Shown here piece by piece: positions 1 to 10,386 of a stretch of DNA of 64,000 nt (positions are counted from its first letter, which is position 1; every line of letters starts with the position of its first letter). This DNA comes from Ignavibacteriota bacterium (GTDB lineage: Bacteria > Bacteroidota > Ignavibacteria > UBA10030): contig CAVSHO010000011.1 in assembly GCA_963727825.1 (NCBI GenBank), forward strand, positions 352,001-416,000, read 5' to 3'. The notes beneath the pieces are model-generated. The model ran no database searches and had not been told where the DNA came from. It saw nothing but the letters and a program-made list of their open reading frames with translations. The translations under genes and the position numbers were made by a program.

Positions 1-58
1 CTGAACGCGCTTTTCACAATTTTTGGCTTAACTTCGATAAAATTTGTGCACTGCAAAG

Positions 59-150
59 TAAACAAAACCCCTGACGCACTACCAAACGCCAGGGGTTAGG
101 GAGGCTATCGAACCAGCTGCCATGGGGAATGGCGAGAAGGTTCAACGATA
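59..150 (-). ncRNA. Candidate small structured RNA or leader: long hairpin followed by an intrinsic terminator
   Basis: Minus strand: hairpin TATCG..AACC..GCCAT-TCCCC-ATGGC..GGTT-CGATA (150-106), linker GCCTCCCT, then stem AACCCCTG..CAGGGGTT followed by TTGTTT (97-59). Confidence 0.35.
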
Positions 151-357
151 ATAACGATGCAAGTCAATAAAAGGTTCCCTTCGAAAAAGTGTAGATAATA
201 TCATCAAATAACTCGCTTTTGATGGGTAAGAGATGATTTTCAAATCCAAAGTAAAAAGATCGCACGTGCACGCCAAATGTAATACGGAAGCGACAAATAC
301 AACTATGTAGCTATAAACCAAATAAATTATTAGCTTAATTGTTGATAGAAATTCCTT

Positions 358-1152
358 ATGAAAATTATCCTCAACAATGTTGCACTCAACTACGACGAAC
401 GCGGTAGGCCTCAAGGTTTGCCGGTTGTGTTCATTCATGGTTTTCCTTTCAGTCATGAGTTGTGGGAGCCACAAATGAATGTAATGCCAAACGATATTCA
501 CGCTATTGCTTATGATTTACGTGGTCATGGCATCAGCGATGTCGGTGATGGGCAATTTACTATAGAACTATTCGTAGACGATTTGATCGCGTTGATCGAC
601 CATCTTTTCATCGAAAAAGCGATTCTTTGCGGAATCTCAATGGGAGGATACATCGCACTACGTGCTTTCGAGAGACATCCGGATCGAGTACACGGCTTAA
701 TTCTATGCGACACGAAAAGCGAATCTGACACGAATGCCGCAAAAATAAAACGTGCCGCTACTATGAAGGTAGTAAAGACAGCCGGTGTTAGTACATTTGC
801 TGAAGACTTTGTGAGAGATATTTTCTGGGAAAAAACCTTTGAGAGTAATCCGAGCGTTATTGCATTCATCAAACAAATAATTTGTGCAAACTCACAGCGT
901 GGTATTTGCGGAACCTTACTTGCGCTTGCCGCGCGCACCGACACAACACCTGTTCTTTCTTCTATCAATGTTCCCACATGCATTATTGTTGGGGAACATG
1001 ACAAGTTAACGCCCCCCTCCAATGCACAAACTATGCATACGACGATTGTCGGATCAGAATTGCACATCCTGCCTAATGCCGCTCACATAAGCAACTTGGA
1101 AAACGTTCAAGAATTTAACGCTCAGCTTATCGCTTTTTTAAAGAAGCAATAA
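358..1152 (+). CDS. Alpha/beta fold hydrolase (3-oxoadipate enol-lactonase-like)
   Basis: HGFP, DLRGHG, nucleophile elbow GISMGG, GEHD acid and terminal AAH His. Confidence 0.85.
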   Translation: MKIILNNVALNYDERGRPQGLPVVFIHGFPFSHELWEPQMNVMPNDIHAIAYDLRGHGISDVGDGQFTIELFVDDLIALIDHLFIEKAILCGISMGGYIALRAFERHPDRVHGLILCDTKSESDTNAAKIKRAATMKVVKTAGVSTFAEDFVRDIFWEKTFESNPSVIAFIKQIICANSQRGICGTLLALAARTDTTPVLSSINVPTCIIVGEHDKLTPPSNAQTMHTTIVGSELHILPNAAHISNLENVQEFNAQLIAFLKKQ

Positions 1153-1276
1153 CGGTTGGCATCATTGACCTTCTATCTTCCTTCACCTATATTATAGCAA
1201 CAGAATGTTAATATATATGGCAGTTTCAATTGGAAAGTGAAGATAGGGAAAAAGTAATTTTGAGAGAAAACATTCT

Positions 1277-2596
1277 ATGCAACGACGAATCTTAATACGA
1301 CGATTCAAATTCAAATCGACAAAATCCAACAAATTATTTGCTAAAGCTCAAACCATTATCCCAGGTGGTGTAAATTCTCCGATACGTGCATTCAAGTCAG
1401 TAGGACGAACCCCGCTCTTTATTAAGCGAGCAAGCGCTGCATACATTTGGGATGAAGATCGGAACAAATATATCGATTATGTAGGCTCGTGGGGACCAAT
1501 GCTTCTCGGCCATGCAAATCCTGCAATACTCAAAGCTGTTCGGGCAGCTGTAAAACGCGGCACAAGTTTCGGAGCACCAACAAGACTTGAAGTTAAGATG
1601 GCAGAGCTTATCACTAAGATCGTCCCATCCATCGAGATGATACGGATGGTGAACTCCGGTGCCGAAGCAACAATGAGCGCCATCCGTTTAGCACGCGCAT
1701 TCACTAGCAAGGATAAGATTATTAAGTTCGAAGGATGTCACCACGGACACGGCGATTCTTTTTTGATTAAAGCCGGTTCAGGTGCAATGGCGCTTGGTGT
1801 TCCCGATAGCCCCGGTGTTCCGACAATGATTGCGATGAACACGCTGACAGCTCGTTACAACGATCTCACTTCAGTACGAACATTGTTTGAAGAAAACAAA
1901 GATCAAATTGCAGCAATTATTGTAGAACCTGTAGCAGGCAATATGGGCTGTGTGCCCCCTGCTGAAGGATTTCTGCAGGGATTGCGTTCTATATGCAACG
2001 AGTTTAATGCATTGCTAATTTTTGATGAGGTGATGACAGGATTTCGAGTCGCAATTGGCGGAGCACAAGCATTATATGGCGTTCAACCAGACTTAACTAC
2101 GCTTGGCAAGATTATAGGAGGCGGACTTCCTGTTGGTGCATACGGCGGGAAAAAAGAAATTATGCAGATGGTAGCGCCAGCTGGACCAATGTACCAAGCC
2201 GGAACACTTTCCGGTAATCCGCTTGCAATGGCGGCAGGATTTACGATACTGCGGATTCTCCATGCCAACAAGATGATCTACAAACAACTTGAACAGCGAT
2301 CGGTACAACTCGAGGAAGGATTAAAAGAAAATCTACAAAAATTGGGATTGGGCTATACATTTAATCGAGTTGGATCTATATTCACACTTTTCTTTACCTC
2401 AAGACCGGTAATTGACTACGACTCCGCTTTAACTTCAGACACTGTAAAATTCTCGAAGTATTTTAATGCTATGCTAGAACAGGGAATTTATCTTCCGCCT
2501 TCTCAGTTCGAAGCAGCGTTTATAACCACTGCGCATACAGAACGGCTCATCGAGAAGACAATTAAGACAAGCTACAAAGCACTGCAGAAGATTTGA
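1277..2596 (+). CDS. hemL: Glutamate-1-semialdehyde 2,1-aminomutase
   Basis: [44 protein letters not shown] and PPSQFEA motifs. Confidence 0.92.
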   Translation: MQRRILIRRFKFKSTKSNKLFAKAQTIIPGGVNSPIRAFKSVGRTPLFIKRASAAYIWDEDRNKYIDYVGSWGPMLLGHANPAILKAVRAAVKRGTSFGAPTRLEVKMAELITKIVPSIEMIRMVNSGAEATMSAIRLARAFTSKDKIIKFEGCHHGHGDSFLIKAGSGAMALGVPDSPGVPTMIAMNTLTARYNDLTSVRTLFEENKDQIAAIIVEPVAGNMGCVPPAEGFLQGLRSICNEFNALLIFDEVMTGFRVAIGGAQALYGVQPDLTTLGKIIGGGLPVGAYGGKKEIMQMVAPAGPMYQAGTLSGNPLAMAAGFTILRILHANKMIYKQLEQRSVQLEEGLKENLQKLGLGYTFNRVGSIFTLFFTSRPVIDYDSALTSDTVKFSKYFNAMLEQGIYLPPSQFEAAFITTAHTERLIEKTIKTSYKALQKI

Positions 2597-2631
2597 AGAT
2601 GCATACATGATTTGTTGAAGCATTATAAATA

Positions 2632-2661
2632 AAGCCCCAATTCTTTATAGAATTGGGGCTT
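2632..2661. terminator. Bidirectional intrinsic terminator between convergent hemL and the lipoprotein gene
   Basis: Perfect 13-bp inverted repeat AAGCCCCAATTCT-ttat-AGAATTGGGGCTT with A/T-rich flanks. Confidence 0.8.
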
Positions 2662-2723
2662 AGTGTTTATTAACTCCTTCAATCAATAGACTGTTATTTT
2701 ATTTTCCTTCCTAGGGGGAATTG

Positions 2724-5700
2724 CTAAAACAAAGTTACAGGAATTGCTACAGTTACCGAACCTAGACCCGGTACAGTTATAGTAATCTTACAGGTTGTAG
2801 AACTTACAACAGTTGTAGAATTATCCGTAATACCAAATAAGAATTTAGTAGTTCCCCACCCAGGGTACCGTGCCCAACCTGCATCTGACATCGTTACCGG
2901 TATAGCGCCATATGTGTCGAAAGCAACACCACTCTCTCCTGCCGGAATCACAAAAGCAGCTGTAATTGTAGTGCCATCACATAATGGGTTCCCATTAAAA
3001 TCCGTAACTTCAAGTGTGTCCAGAGTAGAACTACCAAAATGAGGCATTGATATTGCGGTTGGTACTTGTACTACAACTATCGGCCCTAAGTTCATAATAA
3101 CAAGTGCACTATCACTTACCCATTTCCCATTACGACCTTGTGTTTGTGCGGTAACCCAGAAACCTCCAGGCCTACCTGATAATGCGTTCGGATCGAAATA
3201 TTGGGAACCACCACCAACTGGTAGTGGAAAGGGCAATGGATTCTGCGTTATAAGGCTCACAACAGCAAAACCGTGAATATCAGTGTAGGCGAGATCGGGA
3301 GTCTGATTTCCCGTTACAACTATCCCCGCTTGTGAATGGAAATAGAGTGCCGTTCCTTGCGAAACCGGATTGCTAAATGTATCTCCGACTGCAACCAAGA
3401 ACTTTGGATAATCTGCTATACTGTTGCTGATAATTTGAGGAAAAACGTATCTATATGGAGTGATTGTAAAGTGTGCCTGATCTGGGAAACCAGCATGCAC
3501 AGTAATCTTCACTGGATCTGAACTAACAATCTTTCCACTGCTAAGTGTGATTTGAGCAACAAGTTCAATAACGCCAGCCTCTGTGCCACTGGCAACAGAA
3601 GCATGAAGTTGACCTTGAGTATTTGTACTATCAGATGTGGGTGTAACTGTAGGAGCTGTTCCTCCACCGATTGTACTATTGGGGAACCATTGTATACTGA
3701 AGTTTGCCATATATGTCGGAGTACTTGCAATCGGAGAACCATAAGCATCGAGTACTTGATAAGTGATGGTTGCTGTTTCCAGACCACCGACACCACTAAT
3801 AAAAATATCAGTCGCCGAAGAAGCAAATGTAAAATGATCAGGTGGTTTGGGGGCTGAAGTAATGATCGTTCCAGCGGCCAATAATATTCCATGGAATAAT
3901 CTTGTCTTAGTTCCATTAGGTCCATTGACGGTAATAGTTATATCAAAATTACCGCTAATACCGCCGTTTGGGACAGCGTCCGTAAGTCGTACTCGATAAG
4001 TAATACTATTATTACTGGTATTATTAAAATCAACTACGCCGGAAGTTACGTTAGATGCGTTGGTTAATGCAATACCTGATGCGGCATAACCCGAAACACT
4101 CACTTGAATAGAATTACCACTTGCCAGCGGATTACCATTTGCATCTGCAACTGTATAATTTACATCATAAAAACCTGAATCATATATAACAATTGTATCG
4201 GATGATGGAACATTCAACGTCGTTATAACCGGTGCGCCTGAAAAAAGAAAAGGAGTTTTGCGTGTTACAGTCCCACCGCCATGTACTTTAAGAATAGCAG
4301 ATACATTTCCAAACCCATTAATTGGATCTGCCGGTACTTTACCACCGTACAATCCGGTCGAAGCGCTCCCGTTCACATCTGTTACTGCAGCAATTGGACT
4401 AATGACTCCCCCGGAAGTGCTGAATTGAACAAACTCTGGCGCCGGAAAATTGCCATTGACATCAACAAGATTGACCTTAAGCGTGCCGACTAAATTTCCC
4501 TGATTATTAAACATGTTTTGCGGTAAACTTACAAATATTTGATTTGAGTCGGGTAATCCATGGGCAACTTGTATAGGCATTGATAACGCCGAAAAGAAAT
4601 TCCCCAATCCATCAGTCGTCCTTGCAACAATTTGTGCAATGCCCGGTACATTCCCGGCACTAATAGTTACACTCACAGCTCCACCTGCTCCAGTTGAATC
4701 CTGATTAGTGGAAAGATGTGTGCCACTTGGAGCTTGAAATAGAGAAAACATAACCAGAGCTTTTCTTGTTACGCTAATCGGAGTGCCACTTCCATCTTTT
4801 ACTATAAATGAAATAATTGTACTTGTATCTGGTAATTGTGTTTCAGATAAGTATAATTGTCGTATAGATGAATCTGCCAACGCAATACTCGCAGGCACTC
4901 CATAGAATCCTCCACTACTGGTAGCACCACGCATAAATCCTGTAAACCAGGTTTGATCTACAATTGGATAGTTGCCATTCGGACTTGTAATATTAATTTT
5001 GAAAGTTATTACACCCGAGAGGCTATCCTTAACTTTATCAATAACCCATATTCGAAAATGCGTTTGATTAGTGTCCTTCGTATCGGGCATTGTAATCTGA
5101 TTACCTGTCATCTGCAAGGTACTCTGTAATGCGGAAGTGGCTGCAGTAACCGTTACATTAATTGTAGTTCCTGCTACTAATGGTTTTCCGTTATCATCAG
5201 AGACTGTAAAATCGAAATAGTTCATATCTCCATCTGGGACTTCAAAATTTATAGTGTTAGAACTGCGGGTTACAGTAGTTGGTCCCGAGAAAAGAATTTG
5301 AATCGTTCTTACAATAGAACTATCCGCTTTACGGACAGAAGTATCACCTTTCGCTTCAGCGGTAACTGTTACCAGGCCTCCGATTGGCGGATTTCCACCA
5401 CCGCTTGTTAATGTAGCAGTAGCAATACCATTGCTCGTAAACGCATTACTGGTTATTCCACCTCCATTTGTAACAAAGACTACTGGTGTCCCATCATTAA
5501 CAGGATTACCAAATTGATCGTTTAAGGTCATCGTTATCGTTGTGCTTAAGCCATCATAAACACGGCCAGCAATATTATACTTTGAAGCAGCAATAGAGAC
5601 ATGGTTACCGTCAGGTAATCCGGTACCTTCAGTTAATCCCGCAGTTGCAGCAATTTTACGAGTCGGATCAATCACCTGTGCAGTCACAAGAATGGCATTG

Positions 5701-6335
5701 GGTTTTGTACCGCTAAAAACTGTTGTCGAAACTTGGCCGGTCGCTGGATCGGTTTGACCCGTATCCGGTTTAATAGATTCTCCACTCGGATTTGATACAC
5801 TGATTGAGAATTTTACTTTACATTTATTTGATCCTGTGACAGGACGATTTATGGAATCCACAACCAAAAATGTTAAAGTGCAAGATTGATTAATACCGCC
5901 TTTGAGTAAAATTGATTTTGTTGACTGACTAAATAATCCAATGCTTGTTGGTCGTCCCGAGTTACCATTAACAATTTTACTTGAATCTGTCACGATCATA
6001 TGAATATTCTTGCCTGATAGCGTGTCTCCCGGTGATAGACTTACACTAAGCGTATCAGATGCGTATCCAGATAGAATTGCATATATAGATGTAGTATAAT
6101 TGCTGGACAATTCCATCGTAAGTTTATATGAACCATCCGTCTGCGAAGTGTCGACTTTCGCTATAGATCCTCTATCGATAACGCGAGCCAGCGCAAGAGG
6201 ATTATTCCCCGCATCAAGCACTGTTCCACTCACTGTAGATGTTTTTGTTGCGGTTGGTTCTGTTGGGTTTTGCTGACATCCGGCATTTAATAATAATAGC
6301 GCTATACTTAAAAAAGCAAAAATCCGCAAATTCAT
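2724..6335 (-). CDS. Large lipoprotein with repeated Ig-like (invasin/Big_1-like) modules; last gene of the T4P operon
   Basis: Lipobox LLLNAGC. Ser/Thr/Gly-rich beta protein. Recurring DxxGNP, SGxxxGxxxxxA and G(L/F)PD motifs in three similar blocks. Confidence 0.7.
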   Translation of the reverse strand: MNLRIFAFLSIALLLLNAGCQQNPTEPTATKTSTVSGTVLDAGNNPLALARVIDRGSIAKVDTSQTDGSYKLTMELSSNYTTSIYAILSGYASDTLSVSLSPGDTLSGKNIHMIVTDSSKIVNGNSGRPTSIGLFSQSTKSILLKGGINQSCTLTFLVVDSINRPVTGSNKCKVKFSISVSNPSGESIKPDTGQTDPATGQVSTTVFSGTKPNAILVTAQVIDPTRKIAATAGLTEGTGLPDGNHVSIAASKYNIAGRVYDGLSTTITMTLNDQFGNPVNDGTPVVFVTNGGGITSNAFTSNGIATATLTSGGGNPPIGGLVTVTAEAKGDTSVRKADSSIVRTIQILFSGPTTVTRSSNTINFEVPDGDMNYFDFTVSDDNGKPLVAGTTINVTVTAATSALQSTLQMTGNQITMPDTKDTNQTHFRIWVIDKVKDSLSGVITFKINITSPNGNYPIVDQTWFTGFMRGATSSGGFYGVPASIALADSSIRQLYLSETQLPDTSTIISFIVKDGSGTPISVTRKALVMFSLFQAPSGTHLSTNQDSTGAGGAVSVTISAGNVPGIAQIVARTTDGLGNFFSALSMPIQVAHGLPDSNQIFVSLPQNMFNNQGNLVGTLKVNLVDVNGNFPAPEFVQFSTSGGVISPIAAVTDVNGSASTGLYGGKVPADPINGFGNVSAILKVHGGGTVTRKTPFLFSGAPVITTLNVPSSDTIVIYDSGFYDVNYTVADANGNPLASGNSIQVSVSGYAASGIALTNASNVTSGVVDFNNTSNNSITYRVRLTDAVPNGGISGNFDITITVNGPNGTKTRLFHGILLAAGTIITSAPKPPDHFTFASSATDIFISGVGGLETATITYQVLDAYGSPIASTPTYMANFSIQWFPNSTIGGGTAPTVTPTSDSTNTQGQLHASVASGTEAGVIELVAQITLSSGKIVSSDPVKITVHAGFPDQAHFTITPYRYVFPQIISNSIADYPKFLVAVGDTFSNPVSQGTALYFHSQAGIVVTGNQTPDLAYTDIHGFAVVSLITQNPLPFPLPVGGGSQYFDPNALSGRPGGFWVTAQTQGRNGKWVSDSALVIMNLGPIVVVQVPTAISMPHFGSSTLDTLEVTDFNGNPLCDGTTITAAFVIPAGESGVAFDTYGAIPVTMSDAGWARYPGWGTTKFLFGITDNSTTVVSSTTCKITITVPGLGSVTVAIPVTLF

Positions 6336-6376
6336 ACCTGACTCCTCAGGGAAAAATCCCTGCTATCAAAATAAAA

Positions 6377-7798
6377 TTATTTTACTTCCGAGTTATTATT
6401 AAGATTTTTTTCCATTTCCTGCTTTTTTTCCTGAATTAAATTTTTGGGTGCAGGTAGTTTTGCTGCACGTTCTTCTAATGACGGAAGGATCTCGGCTTTA
6501 ATAAGAACAATTAATTCCCGTTTAATAGCTTCTTTCGAATCATAACCAAAGAGATAACGTAATCCAAAAACCCACCAGGGTAAATCTTTTAACAGCGGCA
6601 CTCCTTCGCGAACGATCTCGTTATCATTGGAATACATTCCACCAATATATCCTTCTTCACCATTGAGAAGTGTCAAAGAACCTGTCGCTTGTGTTTTATT
6701 AATGATTGAAGTTGTGGTGCCGGTTGTGAAAGTACTTTTCTCAACCTTGTACTGAACATCAATAAACTCCATATCTCCAACTTTGTAAATCTTGGGCCTG
6801 ACTGTCAAGATTGTTCCCGTCGGATAAAAATGCTGCACCGTGTTTCCGGAGAAATCTTTTTCTAATACGGAAAAATCCTGCCCTATTTGGATTGTTTGAG
6901 TCGAACCTGAGCGAACCGTAATCTCAGGCCTTGCTATAACTTCACCAAGCTGATCGCTCTCGAACATTGCGATAGCCGCATTGATATCTACTCCTATGTT
7001 TCCAGTTGGACTCATGGCAGCGCTGAAGGCTTGATCTGTCAACCTACTTGCAGTTTGAGTTGTAGATGTTCCAGTATTCGTCGATGTTCCAGTAATCGTT
7101 GTTGTTCCGCCAGATATAGATGTTCCATTAGTCGAAGATGTTCCAGTAGTTCCTGTAGTTGTTGCACTAGTCGCACCATGAAAATTCACTCCGAGATTCA
7201 TGTTGCTTCCGCGGAAAATAGAAAAATCCATTCCACTCTGAGCCAATTTTGTTTTATTAAGATCGAAGAATACACTTGAGATGGAAACCTCACGAAGCTT
7301 TGAATAATATTCACTGGAATCGACGACGACCGCAGGCGCCGTAGTGACAGCCGGTGTAGGTGTAAATGACGGTGTTTGAGATAAACTTCTAGATTGATTT
7401 TCTTTTTGCGCTTGTTCACCGGCTTGTTTGCCTATATCCTCTAATGAAAGAATTTCTAAATACTCCGGGTAATCATTGTACCATAATTGATTACTCCGTA
7501 ATATTAGTTCCAAAGCATCTTTCCAATACATCGATTCGATATTAATGCCGATGGTTTTATCTTTCCCTTGTAAAGGAGATCGGTCTATTATCAATTTTCC
7601 ATCTATTTTCTTACTCAACTCTCCAAGCGATTGAATTGCCTTAGAATACGAAACATCGGCACTATACGAGACCAACTCATCCTGATTGACAACCTTTCCC
7701 TGTGCCGCACGACGTACTGCTTGTTCCGTTTGAGCTTGCGTCAATCCTGCAATACCGACGACAAATAGGAAAATAAAAAGCAAAGAGTGTATCCTCAT
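6377..7798 (-). CDS. pilQ: Secretin (PilQ/GspD family)
   Basis: Signal peptide; C-terminal GVPLLKDLPWWVFGLRYLF and KRELIVLIKAEI secretin motifs; lies downstream of pilMNO-like genes. Confidence 0.8.
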   Translation of the reverse strand: MRIHSLLFIFLFVVGIAGLTQAQTEQAVRRAAQGKVVNQDELVSYSADVSYSKAIQSLGELSKKIDGKLIIDRSPLQGKDKTIGINIESMYWKDALELILRSNQLWYNDYPEYLEILSLEDIGKQAGEQAQKENQSRSLSQTPSFTPTPAVTTAPAVVVDSSEYYSKLREVSISSVFFDLNKTKLAQSGMDFSIFRGSNMNLGVNFHGATSATTTGTTGTSSTNGTSISGGTTTITGTSTNTGTSTTQTASRLTDQAFSAAMSPTGNIGVDINAAIAMFESDQLGEVIARPEITVRSGSTQTIQIGQDFSVLEKDFSGNTVQHFYPTGTILTVRPKIYKVGDMEFIDVQYKVEKSTFTTGTTTSIINKTQATGSLTLLNGEEGYIGGMYSNDNEIVREGVPLLKDLPWWVFGLRYLFGYDSKEAIKRELIVLIKAEILPSLEERAAKLPAPKNLIQEKKQEMEKNLNNNSEVK

Positions 7799-7812
7799 AG
7801 GTCCCTCATTCT

Positions 7813-8697
7813 CTATCGTTTATCAAACAATATTTTCTTTGTCAGCTTTCGGATGACTCCGCCTTCATCCAATGTAAACTCCACAGCGCTTTCAGCTGGA
7901 TTCACTCGCGTCACATTTCCGCGCCACACTTTATCGCCAAGGTGCAATACAATCAGAGCTTTATCTGTAAGAACAAATGCTTTTCCTGGCAAGACAGCTT
8001 TTACTATTAACTGATCTGCGTTGATTTCCCCCTCCGGCATTTCTGTAGCCAACGTCTGTGTAATCATACTGCGGAATGGATCGTAGGGAGATGGAATCAT
8101 AGTCAGCGATTGGGCAGCTAGCGATGTACTAAGTTCAGGAACATTACGCACGAAATAAGCATGAATTTCCATATTATAGGAAATATACTTTGTGACATCT
8201 TTTGTTTCCGGATCAATTACCTCTTTCTGTTCAAGTTGCATCGAAGCAATCTTGTACAAACGCCGTCCATTTTCTAAAAAGTATACAAACTTAAAAAGAT
8301 TTTCGAATTGTGCTTCCCCATTATATAAACTATAAGAATTGTATCCCCAGCTTGCTTTTTCATTCGTCCCTAAAAATTTCATGTCAAACTTTAAAAATCC
8401 GGCTTCATCAATGCCTTGGCTCATATAGCCGTATGTTTGCGATGAGATATCAAATTGAGGAATTTCCTTGCTACGGGAATCATATCGTCGCTTGATATCC
8501 TGATATTGAGCAGTCAAACGCTGAACATCATCCGTTAATCCCGGCAGATCTTCTAATTTTTTATTGACATCTCGAGTTTCTTTATTGATTTGTTTAATCT
8601 GGCGAGGCTGCACAACCATCCACACAATTACACCAATTATTATTATAACAAGCTCCACAGCAGCAAGGGCAAGCGTATTTCTAAGTTTATAGGTCAC
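7813..8697 (-). CDS. PilO-like pilus alignment protein with C-terminal extension
   Basis: N-terminal TM, coiled coil, F..LFKFVYFLENGRRLYKI PilO-like segment; operon context. Confidence 0.6.
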   Translation of the reverse strand: MTYKLRNTLALAAVELVIIIIGVIVWMVVQPRQIKQINKETRDVNKKLEDLPGLTDDVQRLTAQYQDIKRRYDSRSKEIPQFDISSQTYGYMSQGIDEAGFLKFDMKFLGTNEKASWGYNSYSLYNGEAQFENLFKFVYFLENGRRLYKIASMQLEQKEVIDPETKDVTKYISYNMEIHAYFVRNVPELSTSLAAQSLTMIPSPYDPFRSMITQTLATEMPEGEINADQLIVKAVLPGKAFVLTDKALIVLHLGDKVWRGNVTRVNPAESAVEFTLDEGGVIRKLTKKILFDKR

Positions 8698-8712
8698 GGT
8701 TCTCTCGTCCCT

Positions 8713-10299
8713 CTATCTTGTGTTGGGTTCGGGAATATCGAACTTGTCCACACGCTCGATCACAATATCAAATTCGTATAAAATCTTTTTCCGTATTGTG
8801 ATGGTGCGTACTTCTCTCAATGTTGCCTTTTCGAATATACTTGCGATACGCGGGATACGTGTGCGATAAATTGATCGACCTGATATGATAATATTTTTTC
8901 CGTCTGGCTTAAGGCTGTATATCCATAATGAATTAAGATCCTCTACGCTATTTGCGAGATAGTGTAGAATACGACTCCAGCGATCGCTTCCTGGTGCAAC
9001 TGAATCGTAAATACTCGTTGCATTACTATAACGGCTAATATCGGAAGACAATGTTGCTCTACGCTGCCTAAAAACATCTAATTCAGTCAGTTTTTGTTGT
9101 TTTTGTACAAGTTCCCCCTTGAGCCGACGGATTTCAGTTTGACGGTCCATATACGAAAGGATAAAAAAAGGAATGGTTACAGTGACTAATATCCCCATCA
9201 GTATTCCATGCCAAGCGAGTGCAAGTGTCCGCTGACCTTCTAAAATAAAATGCGGGATAAGATTAATATCATAAAATCCCTGAAGCTTTGGCTGAAGCGA
9301 ACGCCATGCAGTCATAATTGGGATAATATATTCTGATATCGCCTCACCAACTGATTCTTCAAATTCACCAAGGTCTAAAGTAGGTGCCTTTATATATTCA
9401 ACAAGAGCACTTGAGAATTGTGGGGCAAGAGTATCCAATAAATTCACTTTATGACTTTCCCCAGCGAGAAGTATTCTATCGATCCGCGTAAGGGCAATAT
9501 TGTCTTGTTCAAGAAGAATCCGACTATAAATTGTGTTTTCAATGTTGGGTGATTCATATCCTTCGCTGATAATTGGGGCAAAGTGGAGATAATGTTCGCC
9601 CTGCATAAACACGAGACGACTAAAATCATGGCCTACATAGACAATCACCGAAACTTCTTCTTCTTGTGGTTCATACTGGGTACGCACCATCTCCATCAAT
9701 GCAGTGTCTGCACTATCCATTAGTTTGATAAGAGGTACACGCCCGCCCATAAATGGTTTGACTTCAGAAAGAAGCTCATAGACGTGTAAGCCATCTTCAC
9801 GTATTAATGATAGTAAACCGCCAGACGCTGATGGAATAATATCAATTGCATCTAATGCCGGAGCAGAAGCACGCATAGTAGAGAGCTCTTGTGAGATTTT
9901 TTTCTTCAGCCTCTCACCTTTCAATCCGAAATTACTCTCGAATTCCTGATATGTTACGGCTGGTTCTGAGATTGCGTAAGAGAGTGTATATTTTTTTGGG
10001 GAACCGACTTCGTTCAATAATCCGAGCAATACAGATGCATTCGTGCTTCCTTCATCGGCTGGAGATTCTATTGCACCCGCAGATGCGAACGAATCCCCCG
10101 ATGAAATATCCCCGAATGCCGTTCCTTCGCTTTCTTCTGGGGCTGCTTCCTTTTCTTCAAACTTGTGTACTAACGCAACCGTTTTAAAATCCCGGAGCGT
10201 AACCTTGTTCCCCTTTGAAGAAAGGCGGACAAATTTAAGTTCTAGCCCGTCCACAAATACGGCAACTGCTGTTTTTCCCTCTCCTGCTTGAATGGGCAT
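8713..10299 (-). CDS. PilM-PilN-like fusion protein
   Basis: N-terminal PilM-like region (IDRILLAGE), INLIP motif, TM helix, coiled coil, PilN-like C-terminus (LWIYSL..IIISGRS). Confidence 0.65.
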   Translation of the reverse strand: MPIQAGEGKTAVAVFVDGLELKFVRLSSKGNKVTLRDFKTVALVHKFEEKEAAPEESEGTAFGDISSGDSFASAGAIESPADEGSTNASVLLGLLNEVGSPKKYTLSYAISEPAVTYQEFESNFGLKGERLKKKISQELSTMRASAPALDAIDIIPSASGGLLSLIREDGLHVYELLSEVKPFMGGRVPLIKLMDSADTALMEMVRTQYEPQEEEVSVIVYVGHDFSRLVFMQGEHYLHFAPIISEGYESPNIENTIYSRILLEQDNIALTRIDRILLAGESHKVNLLDTLAPQFSSALVEYIKAPTLDLGEFEESVGEAISEYIIPIMTAWRSLQPKLQGFYDINLIPHFILEGQRTLALAWHGILMGILVTVTIPFFILSYMDRQTEIRRLKGELVQKQQKLTELDVFRQRRATLSSDISRYSNATSIYDSVAPGSDRWSRILHYLANSVEDLNSLWIYSLKPDGKNIIISGRSIYRTRIPRIASIFEKATLREVRTITIRKKILYEFDIVIERVDKFDIPEPNTR

Positions 10300-10386
10300 G
10301 AGTTGGTATATCCTCTTTATGTTAAGTTTACTTTAACTAGCTTTGTCCGTCGATTTTCACTGCATCGCGCACTAGCCATGAGAACA

